Below are positions 1-9,206 of a DNA stretch of 64,000 bases, one piece after another; within the stretch, counting starts at the first letter, position 1; every line of letters starts with the position of its first letter. The notes under the pieces were generated by a model, which saw nothing but the letters and a program-made list of their open reading frames with translations, was not told the DNA's origin and did not search any database. Source of the DNA: an uncultured delta proteobacterium (lineage in GTDB: Bacteria; Desulfobacterota; RBG-13-43-22); contig CAVVCH010000051.1 in NCBI GenBank assembly GCA_963746605.1, positions 6,136-70,135 on the forward strand, written 5' to 3'. A program made the translations under genes and the position numbers.

Positions 1-11
1 GGTCATAATGG

Positions 12-43
12 CTAGCCAAAAATATTTGAGATATTTTTGGCTG
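12..43. repeat. CTAG-anchored ~30-bp palindromic element, copy 1 of 4
   Basis: CTAGCCAAAAATATTTGAGATATTTTTGGCTG; near-identical elements at 20964, 34383 and 40806. Confidence 0.85.
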
Positions 44-83
44 TAATAAAAAGCACGGCAACAGATTTAATGATAGCCTTTTA

Positions 84-344
84 TTAATGGCGATAGATGT
101 CTTTGCGCTGGCCAATCTTCACTACCCAGACAGTCAGTTCCTGATCCTGAATAGAGTATAAAATTCGATATCGTCCTTGTCGGACCCGATACCTGTCTTG
201 GCCGGTCAACTTTTCGCAACCTGATGGCCGGGGATCTTCGGCCAGCGTTTTGATCCGCTGAAGAATCTTTTTCAGATCGCTTTTGGGTATTCCAGCAAAA
301 TCCTTCTCAACGGATTCCCGGAAGTAGAGCTTATAGGCGGCCAT
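84..344 (-). CDS. relE: RelE/ParE-family type II toxin
   Basis: 86 aa basic protein with PRPSGCEKLTG..YRVRQGRYRILY..VVKIGQRKDIY, typical of RelE/StbE; overlaps the upstream antitoxin. Confidence 0.85.
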   Translation of the reverse strand: MAAYKLYFRESVEKDFAGIPKSDLKKILQRIKTLAEDPRPSGCEKLTGQDRYRVRQGRYRILYSIQDQELTVWVVKIGQRKDIYRH

Positions 345-564
345 CTTTTTTCAGTCTTTTAATCAGCTCCTCATAACCGATCAAAGGCTCGCCACCCCTT
401 TCTTCAAACGCCGCCAGGTCCTCGGCATCCTCGGCCAGGGCTTCTCTAACGGCGCTGTTGACCAGCTCCGATACGGACGTAGATGTTTCGACGGCTTTCA
501 GACGCAAGGCTTTATGTAGATCGGGTTCCAGATAGACTGTGGCCCGTTTGGCTTGAGTCGCCAT
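331..564 (-). CDS. Ribbon-helix-helix (CopG-like) antitoxin
   Basis: RATVYLEPDLHKALRLKA..SVSELVNSAVREAL RHH pattern with an acidic C-terminus; directly upstream of and overlapping relE. Confidence 0.75.
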   Translation of the reverse strand: MATQAKRATVYLEPDLHKALRLKAVETSTSVSELVNSAVREALAEDAEDLAAFEERGGEPLIGYEELIKRLKKDGRL

Positions 565-846
565 GATAGCACCTCCTGATGAGACTATAACACTTTAACA
601 CAATAACGTTTTAGCGTCAATTTTTTCAACCTCAGCACCAGAGAAAATCCGGTTCCTCGAACAGGGAATTCCCTGTCGGGGCACTCCCCCTGACGCTTTC
701 TCGGGATTGGGTACTCTACGGACACCGGACCTTTTCTGACTCCACTATCTCCTTGACCCTCGGCCCGCGAGCTTTTATACTCGTTCTATTCTCACCCAGG
801 GAATTTCTGGATAAATCCCAACAATTGAAACGGAGAAACGGAACTC

Positions 847-2040
847 ATGAAGAAATGGTTGGTGGTTGTTTTAATCGTCCTCTTCTCAGCCGGTCTGGCT
901 CAGGCCCGAAAGGCTGCCCCCAAGAAAACTTCGAGCACCAAAAAACCTGCCCAGACCAAGGTTATTGCAGCCCCGGAGGAACCCTATAAGGCTTTTATCG
1001 TTGTCGAGGCCCGCAGCGGGAAGGTCCTGGAGGGGGAGAATATCCACCTGAAAAGGGCCCCGGCCAGCGTCGTGAAACTCATGCTGGCGTGCGTGGTGAT
1101 GGAAAAGCTGGCCAAAGGAGAGGTCAAGCTGACGGAACCGATAACGGTCACCCGGGAGGCTTCCAAAATGGGCGGCAGTCAGGTCTATCTGAAAGAAGGC
1201 GAGACCTTCACCCTGGAAGAAATGATGAAAGCTGTGATGGTGGCCTCGGGCAATGATGCCGCCTATGCGGTGGCCGAACACCTGGCCGGGACCAAGGACG
1301 CCTTTGTCAAGCTGATGAATGAGAAGGCCAAGGCTTTGAATATGGTGGATACGGAATTCCATTCCGTTCATGGACTTCCGCCTTCCAAGGGGGAACCGGA
1401 CGATCAAAGTTCCTGCAGCGACCTGGCCATCCTGGCCCGGGAGTTGGTTCGTTATCCGAAACTGCTCGAATGGACTTCCATCAAGACCGAAGGATTTCGA
1501 AACGGCCAGTTAATTATGAACAATCATAATAAGCTCCTGTTTAGGATGGCGGGGGTCGATGGGCTGAAGACCGGCTATTACCGGGAAACCGGTTTCAATG
1601 TAGTGGCTACGGCGTTGAAAAATGATTTACGCTTTATCGTGGTGGTCCTGGGAAGTCCCAAGGCCAGGACGCGGGATGAACTGGCCCTGGAGAAATTCAA
1701 AAAGGCCTTCGCCCAATATAAAACGGTAAGTGTTGTGAAAAAGGGGGAAGAGGTTAATAAGGAAGTCACCCTGACGGAGGCCAAAATCGGGAAGATAAAA
1801 GGGGTAGCCGGTGCGGACTTCCTCTTCCCCGTCCCCAATGATCAGAAAGAACCCTTCAAGAAGGAACCGATCCTGACGGAGAAGGTCAAAGGGGAAATTA
1901 AACAAGGACAGAAGCTTGGGGAACTGGTTATAAAATTGGATAATCAGGTTGTGGGCAAAGTGGACGTCGTCTCCCCGGTATCCGTTCCCAAAGCCAATTT
2001 TTTCACCATCCTGATCCGGAAACTGGGTATCAATATCTAA
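847..2040 (+). CDS. dacA: D-alanyl-D-alanine carboxypeptidase (PBP5/6, peptidase S11)
   Basis: Signal peptide; SxxK (ASVVK), SxN (SGN) and KTG (LKTG) motifs; PBP5 C-terminal domain. Confidence 0.9.
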   Translation: MKKWLVVVLIVLFSAGLAQARKAAPKKTSSTKKPAQTKVIAAPEEPYKAFIVVEARSGKVLEGENIHLKRAPASVVKLMLACVVMEKLAKGEVKLTEPITVTREASKMGGSQVYLKEGETFTLEEMMKAVMVASGNDAAYAVAEHLAGTKDAFVKLMNEKAKALNMVDTEFHSVHGLPPSKGEPDDQSSCSDLAILARELVRYPKLLEWTSIKTEGFRNGQLIMNNHNKLLFRMAGVDGLKTGYYRETGFNVVATALKNDLRFIVVVLGSPKARTRDELALEKFKKAFAQYKTVSVVKKGEEVNKEVTLTEAKIGKIKGVAGADFLFPVPNDQKEPFKKEPILTEKVKGEIKQGQKLGELVIKLDNQVVGKVDVVSPVSVPKANFFTILIRKLGINI

Positions 2041-2139
2041 TCAAAAGCAACTAAAGGACGACCTGAAGAGCTTTTTTTAAACACCTCGGAGCGGACGAAT
2101 TTAGGGCGAGCCCCTCATCAGGGGCTGCCCCGAAAATTC

Positions 2140-3069
2140 ATGAAATCCTCAAATCCTACTACCGCCGAGTTCCCCAGCCGGTTCCGCGAGTTTCAGCACA
2201 CTCCGCTCATGGGCACGTTATTGAGGGGATTTGTTCGTTCCGCGGGTTTCTTGCCGGTTTGGATGATGCGCCTGTTGGCCGTCTTCGTCGTCCTGCCGGT
2301 TGCCATTCCGTTTACCTGGAAAAACTTCCGGGGAATTATGGCCAACATGGGCCGTATGGATCCCGGCGGATCTGCGGTCGGACGCATCCTTAATTCCTGG
2401 GCTGTTTACAAAAATTACGCCTATTATCTGATTGACCTGGTTTACCTGAGCCATGGAAAGGCCCGGGTCCGGGAATACCGGACTACGGTGACCGGCGGAG
2501 AAAACCTGCATAAGGCCCTGCAACAGGGCAAGGGCGTGATACTCCTGACTACCCACCTGGGGAACTGGGAAATTGGGGGGGAAGCTATCGGAGTGACGGG
2601 CAAGAAAATCCACTTGGTTTATGCTCCCGATAGCTCGGCCATCTTCGAACATCAGCGCAACCTCATGCGCGGCGAAACCAGTGTCGAGGGGGTGGCCTTG
2701 AAGCCTGGGGAATTGGTCTCGCTAAGACTGTACCGGCTCCTCGAACAAGGGGAATTGGTAGCCCTGCAAGGCGACCGCCTACAGTTCGATCGGGGGGTTT
2801 CCATGTCTTTCTTTGGCTCTCAGGCCACTTTTCCCCAAGGGGCGGTTCGTATCGCCCAGCTTTCGGGAAGCCCGGTGCTGCCCATCTTTATTCCCCTGAA
2901 AGGATACAAAACCTACGAGATTATTATCGAGGAACCACTGGTAATGAACCCCGATAAACCGGTAGAATATAATCTGGCGAAGCTGTTGACCGTTTTTGAG
3001 CGCCAGATCGGCAAATACAGAACGCAGTGGTACATGTTCATGCCCTTCTGGGAAAAAGATCAAGAATGA
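2140..3069 (+). CDS. Lysophospholipid / lipid A lauroyl (LpxL/HtrB-like) acyltransferase
   Basis: N-terminal hydrophobic helix; LLTTHLGNWE, ALQGDR, FFGSQATFPQGAVRIA and QWYMFMPFW family motifs. Confidence 0.75.
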   Translation: MKSSNPTTAEFPSRFREFQHTPLMGTLLRGFVRSAGFLPVWMMRLLAVFVVLPVAIPFTWKNFRGIMANMGRMDPGGSAVGRILNSWAVYKNYAYYLIDLVYLSHGKARVREYRTTVTGGENLHKALQQGKGVILLTTHLGNWEIGGEAIGVTGKKIHLVYAPDSSAIFEHQRNLMRGETSVEGVALKPGELVSLRLYRLLEQGELVALQGDRLQFDRGVSMSFFGSQATFPQGAVRIAQLSGSPVLPIFIPLKGYKTYEIIIEEPLVMNPDKPVEYNLAKLLTVFERQIGKYRTQWYMFMPFWEKDQE

Positions 3070-4361
3070 AACTCAAACTCATTTTTCCGGATCTGGGACA
3101 CTTTCCTCTGGTTTATCGTCGGTACATCCCGGTACTCGGACCGGCCATTTTGGCCGGCCTCACGCCGCCGGAGGTCGAGGTCTCCTTTACCGACGAGCGC
3201 TTAGGCACCGTGGATATCCGGGAAGACTGCGATCTGGTGGCCATCTCGGTCATGACTCCCCAGGCCGGGCGGGCCTACGAGCTTTCCCGCCTTTATCGGG
3301 AGAAGGGCATCCCTGTAGTCCTGGGCGGAGTGCATGTTTCGCTGCTCCCCGAAGAGGCTCAACGCCACGCGGATGCCATTGTCATCGGCGAGGCCGAAGA
3401 AATCTGGCCGAAGGTGTTGGAAGACTTCAGCCAAGGAACGTTGCAGAAGGTTTACCGCTGCCAAACTCCACCGCAAACGGTTGCCCTTCCCCGCTGGGAT
3501 CTCTTTCCCCGCGATTCCTATATCCCCATGAATTCGGTTCAGGTGGCCCGGGGCTGTCCGGTGAACTGCGACCTGTGCTCCGTACCGCAGACTTTCGGGC
3601 GGGAGTTCCGGCTCTTCGATCTGGAGACGTTACTGAAGAACCTGGCTGAATTGGACCACTATCTTTTCCTGGTGAACGACAACCTTCACCTGGCCAAACG
3701 CCGCATCCGGCCGTTGTTTGAAGGCCTGGCCGGGCTCGGTAAACCCTGGGTCGGGCTGGCCTCTCTACCCTTTGCCAAGGACGAGGATTACTTGCGGCTC
3801 CTTAAGAAGAGCCATTGTTGGGCCATGTATGTGGACCTCAGCCCCTGGGTCTCTGCCGGTCTCAACGAAGTCATTGGAGGGGTGGAGGTCCGGCGCGCCG
3901 GGGAATACTTGAAACGGGTCCGGGACCAGGGCATCAAGGTCATCGCTTCTTTTGTCTTCGGTTTCGACCACGACAAAAAGGATGTCTTTGAAAAGACGGT
4001 GGCTTTTGCGAAAGCCCATCAAATTGAAGAGGCGGAGTTCCACATCCTCACTCCCTATCCCCGGAGCAGACTTTATGCCCGGCTGGAAAGGGAGGGCCGG
4101 TTGTTCAATAAGGATTTCTCCGATTATACGGCGGGTGTGGTGGTCTATGAACCCCGGCATATGACCCCCGACGAACTCTACGGAGGGTATCTCCAGGCCT
4201 GGCGCGATTTTTATGACCAAACGGAGATACGGGAGACCGATGGCGGACCGGTGGTCCTCTCTTACGACGGCTTCCCCATTTCTCTGGAGGAGATTTATCG
4301 AATCCGGGGCCGGGCCTGGCTGGATGGACTCTTCGAAACCCGGTTCGTAAAACAAACGTGA
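3066..4361 (+). CDS. Cobalamin-binding radical SAM protein
   Basis: N-terminal B12-binding-like domain (DLVAISVMT..VVLGGVHVS) and CxxxCxxC (GCPVNCDLC); ATG at 3066 overlaps the acyltransferase stop (ATGA). Confidence 0.85.
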   Translation: MKLKLIFPDLGHFPLVYRRYIPVLGPAILAGLTPPEVEVSFTDERLGTVDIREDCDLVAISVMTPQAGRAYELSRLYREKGIPVVLGGVHVSLLPEEAQRHADAIVIGEAEEIWPKVLEDFSQGTLQKVYRCQTPPQTVALPRWDLFPRDSYIPMNSVQVARGCPVNCDLCSVPQTFGREFRLFDLETLLKNLAELDHYLFLVNDNLHLAKRRIRPLFEGLAGLGKPWVGLASLPFAKDEDYLRLLKKSHCWAMYVDLSPWVSAGLNEVIGGVEVRRAGEYLKRVRDQGIKVIASFVFGFDHDKKDVFEKTVAFAKAHQIEEAEFHILTPYPRSRLYARLEREGRLFNKDFSDYTAGVVVYEPRHMTPDELYGGYLQAWRDFYDQTEIRETDGGPVVLSYDGFPISLEEIYRIRGRAWLDGLFETRFVKQT

Positions 4362-4403
4362 AACAGACAATGGCCATCCGTCTTAGATCCAAATGGCAAG
4401 CAA

Positions 4404-4960
4404 CTAATCGATGGTTTTCGGGAGGCAGACCAGGACGGCCCGTTCGTCCCTTTCGAAAAGGCACTTTTCTTCCAGAATGGCTTTTAATTTCTTCCGGGCC
4501 CGATGAAGCCGGACCTTTACATTTTCGACGGATATTTCCAGTACCTCGGCCATTTCCCGGTGATCGAATTCCAGTTCGTCGGAAAGGATGAGTACCGCTC
4601 GGTAGGAATCGGGCAAAAGGTCCATCTGGCGCTGAACGCAAGCACTCATTTGGTGCTGTTCCAACTTTTCCTGTGAAGGGGCGATCTCAAGGATGGAGAT
4701 GATCTCCGGGTCTTGAAGGTCTGTTACCGCTCCTTTTTTTTGGCCCCGAAAATAATCCTGGCAGAGGTTATAAGCGATACGAAAAATCCAGGAAGAAAGC
4801 TTGGCAGGGGTCTTGAAGGGTGTCCAGCTTCAGGCTGACTCTTGATGAAGGTCTCCTGAACCAGGTCATCCGCCACCCAGGCATCTCTGACCAGGGAGAG
4901 GATGAACCTCCGAACCCGTCCGTAATATTGGTCGTGAAGTTCTAATAGATCCGGGTGCAT
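4404..4960 (-). pseudogene. ECF sigma-70 factor, frameshifted as given (at least two indels near 4805-4845)
   Basis: Region 2 (ADDLVQETFIK) in ORF 4724..4960 and region 4 (LPDSYRAVLIL..SVENVKVRLHRARKKL) in ORF 4404..4664; the missing middle (SSWIFRIAYNLCQDYFR) reads in a shifted frame. Confidence 0.8.
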
Positions 4961-4972
4961 TTGCTCTGGGTG

Positions 4973-5233
4973 TTACGAGCAGCAGGAGGATGCGGATGAT
5001 CCGCCACAAGCCTGGGGATTCCGCTTCTCCCCTCCCAAGCAGTCATACACGGCTGCTTTGATAGTTAGATTAGCGCCATTCTTGACCTGGTTCGCCACCT
5101 CGACGGCCTCTTTAATCTCCTCAGCGGTCAGACCCAATTTCCCGGCCTTGGCGTAGTAGTGTTGAAAGCAGGGGATGCAATTCACGGCCGTTGAGACTCC
5201 CAAGGCTAGCATGATTTTGGTTTTTTCGTCCAT
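4973..5233 (-). CDS. Carboxymuconolactone decarboxylase / AhpD-like protein
   Basis: LALGVSTAVNCIPC..AKAGKLGLTAEEIKEAV CMD pattern with CxxC; C-terminal CGGSSASSCCS tail. Confidence 0.7.
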   Translation of the reverse strand: MDEKTKIMLALGVSTAVNCIPCFQHYYAKAGKLGLTAEEIKEAVEVANQVKNGANLTIKAAVYDCLGGEKRNPQACGGSSASSCCS

Positions 5234-5342
5234 GATTATTCTCTCCTCAGAATGGTCAGGTTTAGGATCTCTCTGGTGTCAGGCCGGCACAACCCCTAAC
5301 CAGATATGGTTCAAATTGACAGACTGTTTGAAATCCCTAGCG

Positions 5343-5748
5343 CTACCCTCTCGAGAGGATGGTGGATTTTTTCTCCTCGTACTCTTGCTTCTGGAGTCTC
5401 GCCCTTCGCGAAGCGCTCGTTCAAGATCTGCAATGCGGAATAGGTCGGATCGCCCCAGGAGCGGCCCGGCTCAGATGGTCGGTCCATCATCTGCCACGGT
5501 CCCCAACGATGATGCCCGGCACCTGATCTGTGACCGAGAAAGAAAATGGCGACACAGATGATGATCATGAACAGCGGAAAGATCCACCAAAATCCCCATC
5601 CGCCACTACACATGTGCCAAGGACCCGGCCAACCCCATGGAGGCTGCTGCGGACCAGTTGGCTGCTGGGTCTGCTGTGCAAATGCCAACCACGGGTGCAA
5701 TAGAGCGAAGAAGGCCACGGTTAGAGACGCTGAACGCTTTGTTTCCAT
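5343..5748 (-). CDS. Small membrane protein with C-terminal SHOCT domain (one indel near 5395)
   Basis: Signal peptide, W/G-rich segment and TM helix, then ALQILNERFAKGE; removing one base gives GEIQKQEYEEKKSTILSRG-stop, the SHOCT consensus. Confidence 0.7.
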
Positions 5749-5770
5749 TTTGTTCTCCTTATGGTTAGGG

Positions 5771-6547
5771 TTAGGGCCGACTCAACGGCAGACCGACACA
5801 ATCGATGAACCGGATATGAGCAAAATTAGTGAGCTCCCATTGAGCATCCTGAAAATCACTTCTTTCAATTTCCGCGTCTTCGAAATCGGCTTGCGAGAGA
5901 TTGGCTGAGCGGAAATCCGTGCCGAGAATTCTGGCGGAATTTAGACTGGCTTTTTGTAAGTTCACCGTTCGAAAATCGGCCCTGATAATCTCGGCCCCCG
6001 ACAGAACGGCTTCATACAGATCGGCCTGTTTCATTTTCGTCTCCTGGAATTGGGCCTTGGTTAAATTGGCCTGACGTAGGTTCGAAGATTCCAGTTCGGT
6101 AAATCTGAGGTTGGCGGACTGAAGGTTCGCCCCGGAAAGTTGGGTTTTAAAGAAAAAGGCATTGTGCAGGTAGGCCCTCTCCAGGTTGGCGTTGGTCAGG
6201 TTCCCCTCAGAGAAATTGGAAAAATGGAGGTTGGCCTCTTGAAGGTCAGCCCCCTGGAGGTGGGCACCGTTTAAGATAGTCCACTGCAGGTTGGCCCGGC
6301 GCAGGCGGGTTCCTTGAAGGTCGGCCCCGCGCAGGTTGGCAATTCGAAGATTAGCCCCTTCTAGATTCGTCTCTCTGAGGATGGCCTTTTCCAGGTTGGC
6401 ATTTTGAAGATTAAACCCGCGAAGGTTAATCCCGGCAAGATCGGCCCTTTTCCCTTCCCGGCCCTGGCTATCCAGCCATCTTTGGTGCTGATTTAATAGT
6501 TCGGGCAATAGCTCTTTTCTCATACCACGGGTCTCCTTTTTGGCCAA
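5771..6547 (-). CDS. Pentapeptide repeat protein
   Basis: Long A(D/N)LxxA(D/N)L pentapeptide array preceded by HQRWLDSQGREGKRADL. Confidence 0.9.
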   Translation of the reverse strand: MAKKETRGMRKELLPELLNQHQRWLDSQGREGKRADLAGINLRGFNLQNANLEKAILRETNLEGANLRIANLRGADLQGTRLRRANLQWTILNGAHLQGADLQEANLHFSNFSEGNLTNANLERAYLHNAFFFKTQLSGANLQSANLRFTELESSNLRQANLTKAQFQETKMKQADLYEAVLSGAEIIRADFRTVNLQKASLNSARILGTDFRSANLSQADFEDAEIERSDFQDAQWELTNFAHIRFIDCVGLPLSRP

Positions 6548-6813
6548 GGTCGTCTTCTCAGGGAGTCTTTTGGCAGCCGGAGTTAAGCGGTCAGCCAGGA
6601 ACCCTGGAATAGCCGATCGATTCCTCGGAGGAATCCGGAGCCGCCCGGGTTCCTGGAACTCCCCCGCATTAACGGAAGGGTGATTTTAGAGTAAGACGGA
6701 TGAACAGGGCGAAAGGTTACAGGGGGAGAGCGAAAAAGAAACGCTTGATATTCCCAAGTCTATGTCCCGTCCTTCGGGTTCAGATCCGGGTGGGTTCCTG
6801 GGGCTTGAAGCCT

Positions 6814-7593
6814 TTACTCATCCGGGACCCAGAAGAAAGCAGCGATACGGGATCGTTCCCGCATGGGCAGGTTTTCCACGGCCGAACCCATGGCAATTAC
6901 AGAGATTTTAAGACCCGGGTGCTTTTTGCGAAGCTGAAAGGGAATGCCCAGGTAGTAGTCGGAATGGAAATGGCCGCAGCAAAACAGGATACGCCGGTCT
7001 AAAAAGGGTTCGAGGGCCTGGGCCATCACGGCATCTTTGACGAGTTGTCCCTTGTATAACCCTTTGGGATTGATTTGGCCCATGGGACCCATGGGGGGCA
7101 TGTCCCCTATGGTGTCCATAAACAGCCTTCGGTATTTTCCGGAATCATAGGGAGGGGTTGGGGGGAGATAAATCCCGTCGGGTCCCATCACCCGCCTGGA
7201 AAGCCGGTTAGCCTTGGCCACGGCCGCGGCAGCCCTTCGGGGGACATTGGCGGCGATGACCGGGAGGCCCTTGGATTTCGCCAATTCCACCAAGGGACGG
7301 TAATCCTCGGGATAGTTCGGCCAGGGTCGTGATCCATCCAGAAATTCTTCCTCCGTGACCGCTCCCTTCAGGTAGTCGTCCAGAAGAGGCTGAATGTCCC
7401 GTTCAAACATCTCCAGGGCCAGGACCAGGTTGGGGTCGTGCCCAATCAGGCCGGTCAGGACGGCAAGTTCCGCCTCGTGGGATTCCCGGGAGAGGTGCTC
7501 TTCTCCAATAAAAATCACGTTATATTCCAAAAGCAGTTTGAGAGCCGTTTCCAGGGTATAAATAAACCCGGTATTGTTCATCAAATAGGGCAT
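6814..7593 (-). CDS. ChaN-family (heme/iron-uptake, Tiki superfamily) protein
   Basis: VIFIGEEH, LALEMFERDIQPLLDDYL, VIAANVPR and CGHFHSDY motifs. Confidence 0.75.
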   Translation of the reverse strand: MPYLMNNTGFIYTLETALKLLLEYNVIFIGEEHLSRESHEAELAVLTGLIGHDPNLVLALEMFERDIQPLLDDYLKGAVTEEEFLDGSRPWPNYPEDYRPLVELAKSKGLPVIAANVPRRAAAAVAKANRLSRRVMGPDGIYLPPTPPYDSGKYRRLFMDTIGDMPPMGPMGQINPKGLYKGQLVKDAVMAQALEPFLDRRILFCCGHFHSDYYLGIPFQLRKKHPGLKISVIAMGSAVENLPMRERSRIAAFFWVPDE

Positions 7594-7665
7594 GGCGGTT
7601 GGTTCCTTTCAGGGGTTTAGTATGTAAATAAAGTCGAACATCGCTTTCAGGCCTTTTTCCTGGGT

Positions 7666-7753
7666 CGTCATACCGGACTCGATCCGGTATCCAGGACTTC
7701 CAGAGCTTATCCGAGGCTGGATTCCGGATCGGCTTCGCTTGTCCGGAATGACG
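7666..7753. repeat. CGTCAT...ATGACG long imperfect palindromic (REP-like) element
   Basis: CGTCATACCGGACTCGATCCGGTATCCAG...CTGGATTCCGGATCGGCTTCGCTTGTCCGGAATGACG, with inverted ends and internal hairpins. Confidence 0.75.
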
Positions 7754-7770
7754 AACCTTCGTTAATCCTT

Positions 7771-7810
7771 ATTTTCATGCTTCGTGGGTGCCCGGGCGGG
7801 CATGAGGTTA
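7771..7810 (+). repeat. ~40-bp dispersed repeat, copy 1
   Basis: ATTTTCATGCTTCGTGGGTGCCCGGGCGGGCATGAGGTTA; similar copy on the minus strand at 35113-35153. Confidence 0.7.
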
Positions 7811-8006
7811 ATACGTACGAATGGATGATATCAGAATGGTTCTGCCCTGACAATTCCTGTTTCTGGCCGGATAAAGACTATCCCAAATCCAAAAATATTA
7901 TAGTATAAGAGACTAAAAGGCCGGCTTGTAGATCCGGCTTCGGCGTTGGTTTTTTCCGGATGTTTGACCCCAACCTTAACAATTCGGGAAAGGAGACCGC
8001 ACTCCC

Positions 8007-9005
8007 ATGAATCTCGCGAAATTTCCTCGAAGAAGGTATACGGCCGGGCAGACGCCCATTGAAAGGGTCCCCCGCTTCTCCGAAGCCCTGGGTGGTCCGA
8101 ATATCTACATCAAGCGGGATGATCTATTAGGACTGACCGCCGGAGGGAATAAGACCCGAAAGCTGGAATTCCTGGTGGCCGAGGCCCTGGTCCAGGGAGC
8201 GGATACGCTGATTACCTGCGGGGCTATCCAATCGAACCACTGCCGGCTGACCCTGGCGGCGGCCGTCAAAGAAGGATTGAAATGCCGGTTGGTCCTGGAG
8301 GAGCGGGTCCAGGGAAGCTACCGCCCCCAAGCCAGCGGCAATAATTTTCTCTTTAACCTCCTGGGGGTGGAGCAGGTCAAGGTCGTGCCGGCCGGGGCTT
8401 CCATGTTGGAGGAAATGGCGGCAGTGGCCGGGGAGTTGGCTGCCGTGGGCCGAAAAGGCTACGTGATTCCCGGAGGCGGATCGAATCCCCTGGGGGCCTT
8501 GGGATACGTGGCCTGCGCTCAGGAGATTTTGGCGCAGACTTTCGATCTCGGGCTGGACCTCCAAACCATCGTCTGCGCCAGCGGAAGCGCCGGGACCCAG
8601 GCCGGTTTGGTAACCGGCGTTCAGGGATGCAACCTGAATGTGCCCGTCCTGGGGATCAATGTGAGCCGTACCAGAGAGGCCCAGGAGGCCTTGGTTTATG
8701 GACTGGTTCAGCAAACGGCGAAGTACGTGGGTCTCAGTGCCTCGGTTCCCCGGGAAACGGTGACCTGCTTTGGCGATTACGTCGGACCGGGATACTCCCT
8801 GCCCACGCCGGGCATGGCGGAAGCCGTACAACTGTTGGCCAGGACGGAGGGAATCCTGCTGGACCCCGTGTATACCGGCAAGGCCATGGCCGGGCTGATT
8901 GACCTGGTGAGAAAAGGGTATTTCGAACGAGACAGCAATATCCTTTTCGTCCATACGGGCGGCTCGCCGGCCCTTTATGTCTATGAGGAGTATCTTCTTT
9001 CCTAA
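8007..9005 (+). CDS. dcyD: D-cysteine desulfhydrase / ACC deaminase family PLP enzyme (CuyA sulfo-lyase-like)
   Basis: IKRDDL..GGNKTRKLEFL (PLP lysine), GAIQSNHCR, IPGGGSNPLG, ASGSAGT and LLDPVYTGKA motifs. Confidence 0.9.
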   Translation: MNLAKFPRRRYTAGQTPIERVPRFSEALGGPNIYIKRDDLLGLTAGGNKTRKLEFLVAEALVQGADTLITCGAIQSNHCRLTLAAAVKEGLKCRLVLEERVQGSYRPQASGNNFLFNLLGVEQVKVVPAGASMLEEMAAVAGELAAVGRKGYVIPGGGSNPLGALGYVACAQEILAQTFDLGLDLQTIVCASGSAGTQAGLVTGVQGCNLNVPVLGINVSRTREAQEALVYGLVQQTAKYVGLSASVPRETVTCFGDYVGPGYSLPTPGMAEAVQLLARTEGILLDPVYTGKAMAGLIDLVRKGYFERDSNILFVHTGGSPALYVYEEYLLS

Positions 9006-9051
9006 AAGCGATTTCACCGCAGAGACGCAAAGGACGCAGAGATTGCATTAT

Positions 9052-9085
9052 TTTTCATTTGCCGGGAGATGCCGGCAAATGAAAA
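9052..9085. repeat. Perfect 14-bp-stem hairpin between dcyD and the racemase, next to an ACCGCAGAGACGC-type repeat
   Basis: TTTTCATTTGCCGG-GAGATG-CCGGCAAATGAAAA. Confidence 0.6.
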
Positions 9086-9206
9086 GCTCTCAGTCTCCGA
9101 GGGGTGTCCCTCGGTGCTCATTGTTGGGGCGCCGTTAAAGAGGCATCTTCAGGATTTTCGGGCTGAGAAAAAGGGACTTCAAAAAAAACAGGGAGTGGGG
9201 CAGGGG

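Noticed and set aside
753-989. ORF 753..989 overlapping the dacA start
   Set aside because: Out-of-frame overlap with a strong gene and no motif
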